Positions 47,900 through 58,039 of a DNA stretch of 64,000 bases are shown here, one piece after another. The stretch is from the NCBI GenBank assembly GCA_020633675.1, contig JACKDE010000002.1, positions 624,644-688,643 on the forward strand. The letters run 5' to 3'. Numbering within the stretch: position 1 is the first letter of the stretch; each line of letters starts with the position of its first letter. The DNA is from Deferribacteres bacterium. Its GTDB lineage: Bacteria; Zhuqueibacterota; Zhuqueibacteria; Zhuqueibacterales; Geothermadaptataceae. The translations under genes were made by a program, and so were the position numbers. The notes under the pieces were generated by a model. It was given only the letters and a program-made list of their open reading frames with translations. It was not told the origin of the DNA and made no database searches.

Positions 47900-49939
47900 A
47901 TGAAAACCAATACGCAGGCAAAAGTGTTGTGGCTGGTGTTGTTGATGTGGCCGGTGGGCATGCTGGCGCAGGAGCAGGCGGACAAATGGACGCCGGAGTT
48001 CAGCATGAAATTCAAAAATGTCGGCGGCACGGCGATTTCGCCGGATGGCAGCCTGATCGCCTACGTGGTGCGCGAACCACTGATGCAGGGCGAGAAATCC
48101 GAATATCTGAGTCACATCTGGCTGGCCAGCAGCGATGGCCAGCGCAATTTCCAGTTTACTCAGGGCGATAAATCGTGCAGCAATCCGTCGTTCTCCCCGG
48201 ATGGCGAGTGGCTGGCTTTCACTTCCGCGCGCGATGGCAAGAAAAACCAGGTTTGGCTGATGCGGGTCTACGGCGGCGAGGCCGTGCAGCTCACAAAAGC
48301 CAAAAACAGTGTCGGTGGCTATGCCTGGTCGCCGGATGGCAAGACCATCGCCTACACCATGTCTGATCCGGAAACCAAGGATGAAGAGAAGGCCAAAAAA
48401 GAAAAGCGCGACGTGATTTTAGTGGATCAGAATTTCAAGTACAACCATCTCTACACCATTACTGTGGCCAAGAATGACACAGGCGAGCACGATGGCAAGC
48501 GCCTGACCGCCGGCGAGTTTACCATTTCGAGTTTTGACTGGGCGCCGGATGGCAAGACCATCGCTTTCAGCCATGCCCCGGATCCGCGCATCAACACCGC
48601 CTTCAGCACCTCCGACATCGCGACTGTGCCATCGGACAGCGGCGCGGTGACGCAGTTGGTCACCTGGCCCGGCGCGGACAACAGCCCGATTTACTCGCCG
48701 GATGGCAAATGGCTGGCTTTTATCTCAGACGGCGGCAGCCCGCAGGAAATCGGCCTCGGCGATGTCTACCTCATTTCGAGCGCAGGCGGTGAACCCAAAA
48801 AGCTCGCCGACACCCATGACCGCAGCGCCAGCCTGATCGGTTGGGATCAAAAAGGTGCGAATATTTATTACTCGGAATTCTATCGCACGACACGTCCGAT
48901 CTTTGCCCTGCCTGCCAATGGTGGCGCTCCCAAAATGGTCGCCAACGCTGAGGGCCTGTTCGGCTCGCCTGCATTCAGCCAAAATGGTGAGCGCATGGCG
49001 TTCTCGTTCCAAAGCATCGACAAACCGGTGGAAATCTATACATCACCGATCTCGAAAATGCAAATGCAGCAGATCAGCTCGGTCAACAGCGACATCGCCC
49101 TGCCGCCGATGGGCAAAACCGAGGTGCTGACCTGGAAATCACCAGACGGGCTCGAAATCGAAGGCTTGCTGACCTATCCGGTCGGCTACGAAAAGGGCCG
49201 CACATACCCGCTGATTTTGAACGTGCACGGCGGTCCGGCTGGCGTGTACGCGCAAAACTTCACCGGCGGTCCGTCGATTTACATGTTGCAGTATTTTGCT
49301 CAGCAGGGCTATGCGATTTTGCGCGGCAATCCGCGCGGCAGCACCGGCTACGGCAAGGATTTCCGTTTCGCCAATTTCAAAGATTGGGGCTACGGCGATT
49401 TTGAAGATATTATGAGTGGTGTCGACAAGGTGATCGACATGGGCGTGGCGCACCCGGACAGTCTGTGCCTGATGGGTTGGAGCTACGGCGGCTACATGAC
49501 ATCGTTTGCAGTCACCAAAACCGAGCGCTTCAAAGCCGCCAGCATGGGCGCGGGCCTGCCCAATCTCATCAGCATGGTCACCACTACCGACATTCCAAAT
49601 TATTTGGTGGCGCACATGGGCGACGAGTTTTGGAACGATTACGAAACCTACGAAAAGCACTCGGCGATGTATCGCATCAAAAATGTCACCACGCCGACGC
49701 AGGTGATTCACGGAGCCAACGATTTGCGTGTGCCGTTTACGCAGGGGCAGGAGTTCTATGTCGCGCTCAAGCGCATGGGCGTGCCGACCGAGATGGTGGT
49801 CTATCCGCGCACCCCGCACGGCCCACGCGAGCCCAAATTCCTGATGGACGTTTCCGGCCGCATCATGACCTGGTTCGAAAAGCATCTCAATCGCACCAGG
49901 CCCGCCGCCCCCGAAGTGCCGGAGAAGACGATGGAGTGA
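47900..49939 (+). CDS. S9 family serine peptidase (acylaminoacyl-peptidase/DPP-like) with N-terminal beta-propeller
   Basis: Signal peptide. TolB-like propeller repeats (SPDG..LAF). Catalytic GWSYGGYMT, Asp and His (TPHG). The start is moved to MKTNTQ, which has a GAGAGGG RBS. Confidence 0.85.
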   Translation: MKTNTQAKVLWLVLLMWPVGMLAQEQADKWTPEFSMKFKNVGGTAISPDGSLIAYVVREPLMQGEKSEYLSHIWLASSDGQRNFQFTQGDKSCSNPSFSPDGEWLAFTSARDGKKNQVWLMRVYGGEAVQLTKAKNSVGGYAWSPDGKTIAYTMSDPETKDEEKAKKEKRDVILVDQNFKYNHLYTITVAKNDTGEHDGKRLTAGEFTISSFDWAPDGKTIAFSHAPDPRINTAFSTSDIATVPSDSGAVTQLVTWPGADNSPIYSPDGKWLAFISDGGSPQEIGLGDVYLISSAGGEPKKLADTHDRSASLIGWDQKGANIYYSEFYRTTRPIFALPANGGAPKMVANAEGLFGSPAFSQNGERMAFSFQSIDKPVEIYTSPISKMQMQQISSVNSDIALPPMGKTEVLTWKSPDGLEIEGLLTYPVGYEKGRTYPLILNVHGGPAGVYAQNFTGGPSIYMLQYFAQQGYAILRGNPRGSTGYGKDFRFANFKDWGYGDFEDIMSGVDKVIDMGVAHPDSLCLMGWSYGGYMTSFAVTKTERFKAASMGAGLPNLISMVTTTDIPNYLVAHMGDEFWNDYETYEKHSAMYRIKNVTTPTQVIHGANDLRVPFTQGQEFYVALKRMGVPTEMVVYPRTPHGPREPKFLMDVSGRIMTWFEKHLNRTRPAAPEVPEKTME

Positions 49940-50228
49940 TAAGAAAGCAAATCGTTTATTTTAGCCACGAATTTTCACAAATGTACACGAATTATTCTAA
50001 TCGATTCTTGTTCATGAGCATTTATGGGATTCGTGGCTAACTATTTATTTCTATTCAAAAACTTAGACGAAAATAAAGGCGAGCACTGGAATGTCTCGCC
50101 GATGCTGGTTTCGAAGGTGGAATCGAAATTTGCAAACAAGGCGGGGAATATCATCGATATTGAAAAGTGGAAAGAAATGTCCGCTCCGAGCAGACTTTGT
50201 CTTTTGGTCAATTGTTTTAGTTTACATT

Positions 50229-50465
50229 ATGAAAAAATCCCACCCTAAAGCACAGGGAAATCCGGACGAGATCGTTGCTGTAGCTCACTTCGACAACGAG
50301 CTGTCGGCGGAGATCGCACTTACCATTTTGGAGGCTCAGCGCATCGAAGCCTCGCTGGTGCGTGATGATCCGGCAGGCATGGGCCTGCACCGCGGCGCGC
50401 GCATCATGGTTTTCGTCCGCGACGCTGAAAAAGCTCGCACCGTGTTGCAGGCTGAGCATGATTGA
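50229..50465 (+). CDS. Small DUF2007-like protein
   Basis: 78 aa (MKKSHPKAQGNPDEIVAVAHFDNELSAEIALTILEAQ...). The upstream part of the ORF-track call was discarded. The stop overlaps the AEC transporter start by 8 nt. Confidence 0.45.
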   Translation: MKKSHPKAQGNPDEIVAVAHFDNELSAEIALTILEAQRIEASLVRDDPAGMGLHRGARIMVFVRDAEKARTVLQAEHD

Positions 50466-51396
50466 TCCGCAAATCCCGCTCGCCATCGCGCCGATTTTTT
50501 TGTTGATCGTGCTCGGCTTCGGCCTGTGGCGCATCAGCTTCCCCAGTGGCGACTTCTGGCAATTCAATAACAAACTCGTCTATTTTGTGCTCCTGCCTGC
50601 TTTGCTGTTTGCAAAAATTTCAACCATCAATTTTTCGCAGGTCAGCTTTGTTTCCGAAACGGTAATGCTGTACAGCGGCTTCGGCTCGGCTGTGTTATTC
50701 GCGCTTTACCTGAGCAGGCAGCGCGGCTATGATGGACCGGCCACCAGCTCGATTTTACAAGGCAGTTCGCGCCACAACTCTTTTCTCGCCCTGGCGATTG
50801 CGGAAAGGCTGCTCGGCAGCGCCGGGCTGGCGCAAGCTGCGCTTTATGCCGCCATGCTGATTCCGGTGACCAACATCGTAGTGGTGTCGCTGATGGTGGT
50901 GCTGGTGCAGAAGGCCGAACCGCGCGGTGTGGTAAGGGCCATTTTGCGCGATCTGGGCCGTAATCCTCTGCTGCTCGCGGTCATTCTCGGTTTGGTCACG
51001 AACAGCTTCGACATCACCCCCATTCCGGTTTTGAACGATATGGCAGATTTGCTCGGTAAAGCAGCGTTGCCGATGATGCTGGTCGGGGTTGGAGCAAGCA
51101 TTCGCGTTCGACAATTGGGCGAGATTGGGTTGCCAGTTATCGCTTCAATTTTTGGCAAAATGGTGCTGTTTCCGCTGGTCATCGTTGTGGCCGCTACAGC
51201 ACTTGGGGTTTCCGAGCTGGCGATGATGGTCGCTGTGGTCTATGGCGCCGTGCCGACCGCTGTTTCGGGCTATGCGCTGGCGCAACAAATGGGGGGTGAT
51301 ACGCACCTGATGTCTTCGATGATTACTGTGCAAACGGCCTTATCTTTTTTCACCCTGCCGCTGACCATTTCGCTAGCGCAGTACTTTTGGGGATGA
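50458..51396 (+). CDS. AEC-family (auxin efflux carrier-like) transporter
   Basis: MIDPQIPLAIAPIFLLIVLGF N-terminus and 10-TM organisation typical of AEC/MleP. Confidence 0.8.
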   Translation: MIDPQIPLAIAPIFLLIVLGFGLWRISFPSGDFWQFNNKLVYFVLLPALLFAKISTINFSQVSFVSETVMLYSGFGSAVLFALYLSRQRGYDGPATSSILQGSSRHNSFLALAIAERLLGSAGLAQAALYAAMLIPVTNIVVVSLMVVLVQKAEPRGVVRAILRDLGRNPLLLAVILGLVTNSFDITPIPVLNDMADLLGKAALPMMLVGVGASIRVRQLGEIGLPVIASIFGKMVLFPLVIVVAATALGVSELAMMVAVVYGAVPTAVSGYALAQQMGGDTHLMSSMITVQTALSFFTLPLTISLAQYFWG

Positions 51397-51539
51397 GGTG
51401 ATGGAGTCGATGATTGGGCTCGGGATTGTTGCAGCAGGGCGAGCGCGTGTTCGCGGTTGCGGGCGGCAGCCACGTGGTGAAGCCGGAGCCAGTCATCTGC
51501 GCAGGGATGGGACTCACGCCGCCGGAGGAGTAAAACTTT

Positions 51540-52922
51540 TTATTTCACACCGTATTTTTTCAGTTTGTAGCGCAGGTGTCGTTCGCTCATACCCAAAAGT
51601 TCCGCTGCTCGCGTCTGCACGCCTGCTGTTTGCTGCAGCGCCTTCCTGATGAGCATTTGTTCGAACGCTTCCACCCGCTCAGTGAATGTCCCTTGCGAAA
51701 AATCGCCAGCCACTTCGGCCTCAGCCCTGGGCTCACGAACATGGATTGGAAAATCATCAACGGTGAGCACTTCTGCGCGCGACAGCACCACTGCCTGTTG
51801 CACAATGTTTTCCAGCTCGCGCACATTGCCGGGGTATCGATATTTAATTAACAAATCGATCGCCTCACGCGAAATGCCGCTGATTTTTTTACCATTTTCT
51901 TCTGCAAAGCGGTTTACAAAACGGTCGATAAGCGGCGGGATGTCTTCACGGCGCTCGCGTAGGGGCGGAATGCGGATCGTGACGACATTGAGCCGATAGT
52001 AGAGATCATCACGGAACGTGCCGTCATTTGTCATCGCTTCCAGGTCGCGATTGGTAGCAGCGACCAGCCGAATGTCAGCGTGGATGGTCTCCGAACCGCC
52101 GATGCGTTCGAAGGTTTTTTCCTGAAGCACCCGCAGCAACTTGACCTGCACGGCAGGCGGAATTTCACCGATTTCATCGATGAAAAGCGTGCCGCCTTCG
52201 GCCAGCTCGAAGCGGCCTTTGCGCTGGCGATCCGCGCCAGTGAATGCGCCCTTTTCATGCCCGAACAGTTCGCTTTCAAGCAAATTTTCCGGCAGTGCTG
52301 CACAATTAACCGCAACGAATGGCTTGTCCTTGCGTGGGCTGGCGAAGTGAATCGCCCGCGCAACCAGCTCCTTGCCGGTGCCGGTATCGCCCATAATCAA
52401 TACGGACGCCTGGCTCGGTGCAACCCGGCCGGCCAAATTGAGTACCTGCTCCATCGCTGATGATTGCGAGATGATACTTTCGAAACGAAAGCGATGTTCG
52501 AGCTGATCGCGCAGCTGCCTGTTTTCCTGAATGAGTTGCCTGCGCTCCGTGGCTTTGCGGATAATGAGCAAAAGTTCCTGCAAGTCGATGGGTTTGGTGA
52601 GATAATCGAACGCACCGAGCTTCATGGCTTCCGTGGCTGATTCTATGCTGCCGAATGCGGTCATCAGCACAACGTCGATTTCCGGGCTGATTTTTTTGAG
52701 CTCACTCAGCAACTCAACACCGGTCATCCCCGGCATTTTGTAATCCGTCAACACAATATCGATGACGTTTTCTTTGGCGAGTTGAATGGCCCTGGCTGGC
52801 TGATTCGCCTGCAATACATGATATTTTTGTTTGATGAGAAAACCAGCCAGACTCTCCAGTTGGGCCGGCTCATCATCAACAACCAAAATGGTGAATTTCA
52901 TGATTTTTCCATGGTTTGTCAC
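51540..52922 (-). CDS. Sigma-54-dependent response regulator (NtrC/AtoC family)
   Basis: ILVVDDEP receiver. [15 protein letters not shown]-terminal HTH. A 4-nt overlap with the upstream histidine kinase. Confidence 0.9.
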   Translation of the reverse strand: MTNHGKIMKFTILVVDDEPAQLESLAGFLIKQKYHVLQANQPARAIQLAKENVIDIVLTDYKMPGMTGVELLSELKKISPEIDVVLMTAFGSIESATEAMKLGAFDYLTKPIDLQELLLIIRKATERRQLIQENRQLRDQLEHRFRFESIISQSSAMEQVLNLAGRVAPSQASVLIMGDTGTGKELVARAIHFASPRKDKPFVAVNCAALPENLLESELFGHEKGAFTGADRQRKGRFELAEGGTLFIDEIGEIPPAVQVKLLRVLQEKTFERIGGSETIHADIRLVAATNRDLEAMTNDGTFRDDLYYRLNVVTIRIPPLRERREDIPPLIDRFVNRFAEENGKKISGISREAIDLLIKYRYPGNVRELENIVQQAVVLSRAEVLTVDDFPIHVREPRAEAEVAGDFSQGTFTERVEAFEQMLIRKALQQTAGVQTRAAELLGMSERHLRYKLKKYGVK

Positions 52923-54967
52923 ACATTCGTAAAGGGTAAAACGATCCTGAAGATGCTACCCTGGCCGATTTCGCTTTCTACTTCGATCACACCGCCATGT
53001 GCCTGGACGATTTGATTGGCAATGCTCAGTCCCATGCCGGTGCCATCATCTTTGGTGGTATAGTATAGATCGAAAATTTTCGACAGCTCATCTTCCGCTA
53101 TGCCGCTGCCGAAATCCTGGATTTCGAGCACGACATATGCGCCCTGCTCATAGCTGGAAAACTCGATCCGGCCGTTCGGGTTGGAGGCATCCGCCGCATT
53201 GCGGATCAGGTTGAGCAGCACCTGGGTCATCTGATCGGTGTCGATGTTGATGTGTGCGTCCGGCGCGGACTTGATCTCGATCTGAATGGATTTGGCTGCT
53301 GCTTCGCTCTGCAAAATCGTGGCGCTTCGTTGCAGGAAATCGTTTAGCTTGATGGCAGTTGCATTTAATTTGGGAGGGCGTGCAAATTTCAAAAAGCGCT
53401 GGATGATTTCGTTTACGCGACGCACTTCGGATACGATGGTCTTGACGAGTTTGCGATATTCGGGCTCGTCCTCTTTTGGATTGAATTCCAGGTCAAGTCT
53501 CTGGCCGAGCACACCGATGGCGTTGAGCGGATTGCGAATTTCGTGTGCCACACCGGATGCGAGTTTGCCCATGGCGCTGAGTTTTTCCCTTCGCTGCACC
53601 ACTTTTTCCAACGCCTTGCGCGCCGTCAAATCGCGCAGGACGATGACCGCACCATTCATCTGGCCATTTTCGTCATACAATAAGCTGCTTTTTGCCGCCA
53701 GATAAAGTTTTTTGCCGGAAACCTCGCAAGGAAATTCATCATCTTGAAATGCAACATCGCGCTTCCGCAGAACGCGCAGCAGAAAATCCGAACATTCGGG
53801 AAGATATTTTGCCGCTGCTTGCCCTTTTAGTGCTGCACTGGGCAAATTGAACAGGCGCACTGCCGCATCGTTGAGCAAGGTGATGCGCCCTGCGGTATCC
53901 ACCGCGATCACGGCATCGGCCATACTTTCGAGGATGGCCCCGGTGAATTTTTGTTCGCGTAGAAATGCCTTGGTCATCGCCGTTTCATTGCGGCGTGCGA
54001 TAAACAAGTTTAAAAAGATGAGCGCACCAATAACCAGCAGCCCGGTCAGGATAAAAAAACGCTGACGAATCCGCGCCAGAACGACATCGAGATGATCTGC
54101 CCACAAGCCGATCCGCAGCAATCCGACTTTGGTATTTTGAAAGGTAAATGACCTGACGGCTTCGAAAACCTGTACTTCGTCAAATGGAATCAGTCGGGTT
54201 GAAACCTGTTCACTATCAAGTGCTGCGACCAGGAAGGGGTCGGTCTGGATGGAATCCAGTTCGGTAATGTTTTCGGTAGCGGAGATGATTGCACTTGTGT
54301 CCTGCCAGACAATGTAGGCGATGCCTGTCGCATCCTTGCCGATATGCTGTATCAGTTGGCCGACACCAATTTTGCGGCGCAAGTCGACCAACTCCTCGGC
54401 AGCAATATTCGCGACAATGGCGCCACCTCGCGAGCGCCTGATCGCTACCGCAAACCGCATCCCTTGTTCGAATCGGCTGCGCTTGAAGCCTACCACCAAA
54501 GAGTCGGCCCCGCCAACAAGAATCGGCTGCAGTTCATCCTGTGGATCGTAAAGCGGCTCGATGCCTTCATGCACTTCGTCGTGGCTGCTCGCAACCTTCA
54601 CGCCATTTTTGTTGAATATGTTGATGCGGTAGAGCTGGTTCTGTTTGGAAATTTCGTTCAGCTCAGGCTGGGTGAGCGGCTGACGCACATCCAGCTGATC
54701 GAGCAGTCGCAGGTTGTTCATCAGTCGTTGCGCCAGCTGATCCTTGATTTCATTGTAGGCAAGAATGGCGTTTTCCGCGCCGAGGGAAAGGGATTCGATG
54801 AGCACGGTTGCTTCTTCATGCATGAGGTGTTCGACTTCCCGTTTCTGCCGGCTCAATTCATAAAATGCCGTTCCAAACAGCACAAGCAACAAAATAACCG
54901 AGAGCACGAGAAGCACTTGGGGTGGCAAAATCAGCATGCGCCATTTGCTGGTTTTGGCTTTTTTCAC
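52919..54967 (-). CDS. Sensor histidine kinase with large periplasmic domain, PAS, HisKA, HATPase_c
   Basis: TM1, about 260-aa periplasmic domain, TM2, PAS (ESMADAVIAVD). H-box SGVAHEIRNPLN. N/G boxes. A 4-nt overlap with the upstream cytochrome gene. Confidence 0.85.
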   Translation of the reverse strand: MKKAKTSKWRMLILPPQVLLVLSVILLLVLFGTAFYELSRQKREVEHLMHEEATVLIESLSLGAENAILAYNEIKDQLAQRLMNNLRLLDQLDVRQPLTQPELNEISKQNQLYRINIFNKNGVKVASSHDEVHEGIEPLYDPQDELQPILVGGADSLVVGFKRSRFEQGMRFAVAIRRSRGGAIVANIAAEELVDLRRKIGVGQLIQHIGKDATGIAYIVWQDTSAIISATENITELDSIQTDPFLVAALDSEQVSTRLIPFDEVQVFEAVRSFTFQNTKVGLLRIGLWADHLDVVLARIRQRFFILTGLLVIGALIFLNLFIARRNETAMTKAFLREQKFTGAILESMADAVIAVDTAGRITLLNDAAVRLFNLPSAALKGQAAAKYLPECSDFLLRVLRKRDVAFQDDEFPCEVSGKKLYLAAKSSLLYDENGQMNGAVIVLRDLTARKALEKVVQRREKLSAMGKLASGVAHEIRNPLNAIGVLGQRLDLEFNPKEDEPEYRKLVKTIVSEVRRVNEIIQRFLKFARPPKLNATAIKLNDFLQRSATILQSEAAAKSIQIEIKSAPDAHINIDTDQMTQVLLNLIRNAADASNPNGRIEFSSYEQGAYVVLEIQDFGSGIAEDELSKIFDLYYTTKDDGTGMGLSIANQIVQAHGGVIEVESEIGQGSIFRIVLPFTNV

Positions 54968-56598
54968 AGCGTCCCCGCCATGTGTGCGATCACTTCAGGC
55001 GCCTTCGACGCACCGTGGAAGTATTTCGAAAAACGAGCCACCGCCGGCGTATCGTGCATCAAAAGATCATCGACAAATGCCGGCTTGGCTGTTTGGTAGA
55101 GCAACTCGACCATAAATTTTAAATTTTTTGTGGTGGCAGGCACGGCAATTTGATACGTCACCAAATCTCTGCCGGTGCCTTCGTTTTTATCGTCGCGGTT
55201 AAAATTGGCATCGCCTGCTGCTGCGCCATGAATCGCAACGTCGGCAATGCGCTTGGCCGTACTGACAAATCCACGCGGCGGCAAACGGTTATCCTTTTTA
55301 TACTTTGCGGCGCGCAAGAGCGTAAAGGTAAGCTCATCGTTGACGTCGGTCATCACAGTCTCGTAGATTTGTGCCTGATTCTCGCTCGAAATAAAGTCGT
55401 AATGAGGCTCGAAAATGGAAGTTAGATTTTGAATGCGACCATTTTGATCGAATGCACCGGATTCAAAAATTTTTTCTCCGTTGTCATTTTGCACCAAAAC
55501 GTGCAGCCAGGCGCGGCGGCCCGGAAAGCCGGTCGGGAATTTGTGGCCGGTGCGATTTGCGATTTCCACTTCCAGAAGGAGTTGTCCGCCCTTGCGCGAA
55601 GGCTGAACATTGAGCGATGCGGTTTTTTCTCGCAGCTGCATGCGGGTCTGAGCAATGGTCTTGTCGAACTGGGCGGCTGTGGCAGTTGCGCCGATCTCGG
55701 CTGCATTGTCTCGAATAATTTGCAGCATGAAGGCATTGCCCCCCACGAATTGGTGCCGCCAAAAAGGCGATTGCGTGCCAATCCATGGCGGCATACTGGA
55801 AATTTTCACGGCCTCATCGATGCGCGGCATGTGGCAATCCTGACAATGAATTTCTTTTTGTGAAAAAATGCTGTTTTGCCATTCCAGATACGGCGTTTGT
55901 TCCGGAAACATACCTGCGATTTCACCCTCATCGTCGACGAAAGGTGTGAAAAGCGTGTGGCAGGTAGCGCAGAGCTCGGATTTATGGATGTGCTCGCCAT
56001 ATTGTGGTGTATAGCCGGTGTGATGCATCATTGGCATCGGCACAACATCCTGGTACGGGCCAAAAATCTGCCGGGTATCTTCGATTTGATACTTACCGGA
56101 AAAACTGGCATCGGTACCCAGGTTTTCCGGTTGAATTTGATGGCACGCCGTGCAGCTCACGCCATCCATCGCCAATGCGTTCGTGCGCATGGCTTCAATC
56201 GAGTAGCCGGAAGCGCCATCGTGGACAGCCTGAGTGCGGCCCATTGGCGCGTGGCAGGTGGTGCACTTGTCCTCTATCAGAGCCTTCAGCGCAGGGTTTT
56301 CCATGACTTCGCTTTCAACCTTGGCCTGCCATAAAGGATCCCTGGCGGAGTTGCCCATCATGGTTGCGCGCCAATCGGTTGAAATCGAGAGATCAATGCC
56401 CTTGCTGTCTGTTAATGCAACGCCATTTGAAGTATGACAAAATGCACAATTACCGGAGCCACTGAACAGCATCGATGTTTCAGTGGGGAGTGCTTCCGTT
56501 TGCGAGAATGCCATTGCTGGCACTATCGTCATGATGAGAGATAGACAGGTCGCAAGATAGAATTTTTGATTTGGTTTCATGAGCCAGTTTCCATCCAT
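54964..56598 (-). CDS. Periplasmic pentaheme c-type cytochrome
   Basis: Signal peptide. Five CxxCH motifs (CAFCH, CTTCH, CTACH, CATCH, CQDCH) in 544 aa. The start may be the second Met (MKPNQ, 56580). Confidence 0.8.
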   Translation of the reverse strand: MDGNWLMKPNQKFYLATCLSLIMTIVPAMAFSQTEALPTETSMLFSGSGNCAFCHTSNGVALTDSKGIDLSISTDWRATMMGNSARDPLWQAKVESEVMENPALKALIEDKCTTCHAPMGRTQAVHDGASGYSIEAMRTNALAMDGVSCTACHQIQPENLGTDASFSGKYQIEDTRQIFGPYQDVVPMPMMHHTGYTPQYGEHIHKSELCATCHTLFTPFVDDEGEIAGMFPEQTPYLEWQNSIFSQKEIHCQDCHMPRIDEAVKISSMPPWIGTQSPFWRHQFVGGNAFMLQIIRDNAAEIGATATAAQFDKTIAQTRMQLREKTASLNVQPSRKGGQLLLEVEIANRTGHKFPTGFPGRRAWLHVLVQNDNGEKIFESGAFDQNGRIQNLTSIFEPHYDFISSENQAQIYETVMTDVNDELTFTLLRAAKYKKDNRLPPRGFVSTAKRIADVAIHGAAAGDANFNRDDKNEGTGRDLVTYQIAVPATTKNLKFMVELLYQTAKPAFVDDLLMHDTPAVARFSKYFHGASKAPEVIAHMAGTL

Positions 56599-56605
56599 CG
56601 TTCAA

Positions 56606-57784
56606 TCAAAAGCTCACTTCCACGCCCAGCGTACCGACACCGGCAGAGAAATCGTAATAGAGATCATTTGACTTGTTTTGAATAAAAAGATACTCGAGAT
56701 AGAGTTTTAAATCTTTGCTAAACTGGCTGAGGCGAAAAGTCTTTTCAAGACTGCCCCAGGCTTGTTGACGGGTATCGACGCGGAGAACATCGCCAACCAG
56801 TGACTCGCCTTCAAGATCGAGCGCCAGGCGCTGGTAGTCTTTGCTGTAATGATCGTAGCCAAGTCGCAACATGATGCCTCGTGGTAGCAGCGTTGACAGC
56901 ATAGCGCCAGTCTCTATGCTCTCGTAGCCATACCGATCATCGTACAGTTCGTCTTCGGTAAAATAGCCGGTTTCCAGACCGGAGAGGAAACGTCCGTCGC
57001 CACCAAAATTGCTGCGATTGCGCAGGTAGCCGCTCAGTCCGATCTTTTCGAACAGCGATTGCGAAACGCGAACCGAATTGACCCATTGTTTTGCGCTTGG
57101 ATTGTCAATTTCAGTGTAGACAAAATAGCTGCCATTGCCTCGCAACCGGCCACCCCGGCTGCTATCATCGACCGGCGCTCTCTCTTCCGCAACAACCTGC
57201 GAAACATAATTTTTATAACCCAATTCGCTCGAGAAAATGAAGGTTGTTCGCGAAGGTAATGAAAAATTCAGCCGCGTAAAAACGATATGTTCCCAATTGC
57301 TGAGTTCCTGCAGATTGGTATAACTGCGGTTTCGTACCTGATAGCCGGCATAGAGAATACCAAGTCCGGAAACTGGCAGCTTCAGGTTTGAATAGGCTGC
57401 AAATTCTGAAAAATCATAAATCTCATAATCTGCACCATCGAGGCGAAAAGACATGAGAGCACCAAGACTTAAAAGCCCACTGCCGGAGCCCAGGCTGCGC
57501 TGGCTTGCCAGGCCAATTTGATGAAAGGAGAAGGTGCGCGAACTATTATCCGCAAAATGGTTTAAATAGCCGTCATAATAAAACTGGCCCGACCATTTGG
57601 ATGCCAGCCAGGCTTTGGATAGATCCAGATTCGCTTGCGAAATGACATCTGCGGTCTGGGCGTAATTTCGATAGGCATTTCCATCGAGACTGGTTGTGAG
57701 TGAAATTGTTGACTGCAACTGAGCTGATCCTATGGTTGGTAAAAGCATCCAGAACAAGGCCAGGACGCGTCGTTTGCTTCTCAT
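56606..57784 (-). CDS. Outer-membrane beta-barrel protein (porin-like)
   Basis: Signal peptide. Alternating amphipathic beta pattern. C-terminal ...GVEVSF ending in Phe. AGGAG RBS. Stop is 8 nt before the cytochrome start. Confidence 0.55.
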   Translation of the reverse strand: MRSKRRVLALFWMLLPTIGSAQLQSTISLTTSLDGNAYRNYAQTADVISQANLDLSKAWLASKWSGQFYYDGYLNHFADNSSRTFSFHQIGLASQRSLGSGSGLLSLGALMSFRLDGADYEIYDFSEFAAYSNLKLPVSGLGILYAGYQVRNRSYTNLQELSNWEHIVFTRLNFSLPSRTTFIFSSELGYKNYVSQVVAEERAPVDDSSRGGRLRGNGSYFVYTEIDNPSAKQWVNSVRVSQSLFEKIGLSGYLRNRSNFGGDGRFLSGLETGYFTEDELYDDRYGYESIETGAMLSTLLPRGIMLRLGYDHYSKDYQRLALDLEGESLVGDVLRVDTRQQAWGSLEKTFRLSQFSKDLKLYLEYLFIQNKSNDLYYDFSAGVGTLGVEVSF

Positions 57785-57965
57785 TGTATCATCTCCTTCT
57801 ATTGCAAATTGTTTTTTTGCGAAATGTTTATTTGAACTTATTCAATATGTATGCCAATATTTTTGTTTTGTTTTAAAGTATTGAATTTAATGAAATTGTA
57901 GTGAAAGCAAATTTTGCTGGATCATTATTGGCTCGACCAAATGGTCGGCTTTTCGACCTGTTCGT

Positions 57966-58000
57966 CGCAAAAAAAAGTGGGAGCCTTTTCAGACTCCCAC
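57966..58000 (-). terminator. Rho-independent terminator after the TSP3-repeat gene
   Basis: gtgggag-cctttt-cag-actcccac stem preceded on the plus strand by a8, which is a T8 run on the minus strand. Confidence 0.55.
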
Positions 58001-58039
58001 TTTCATGAAGCACCGCAGTCAAATGATCATCTTCTGAAC

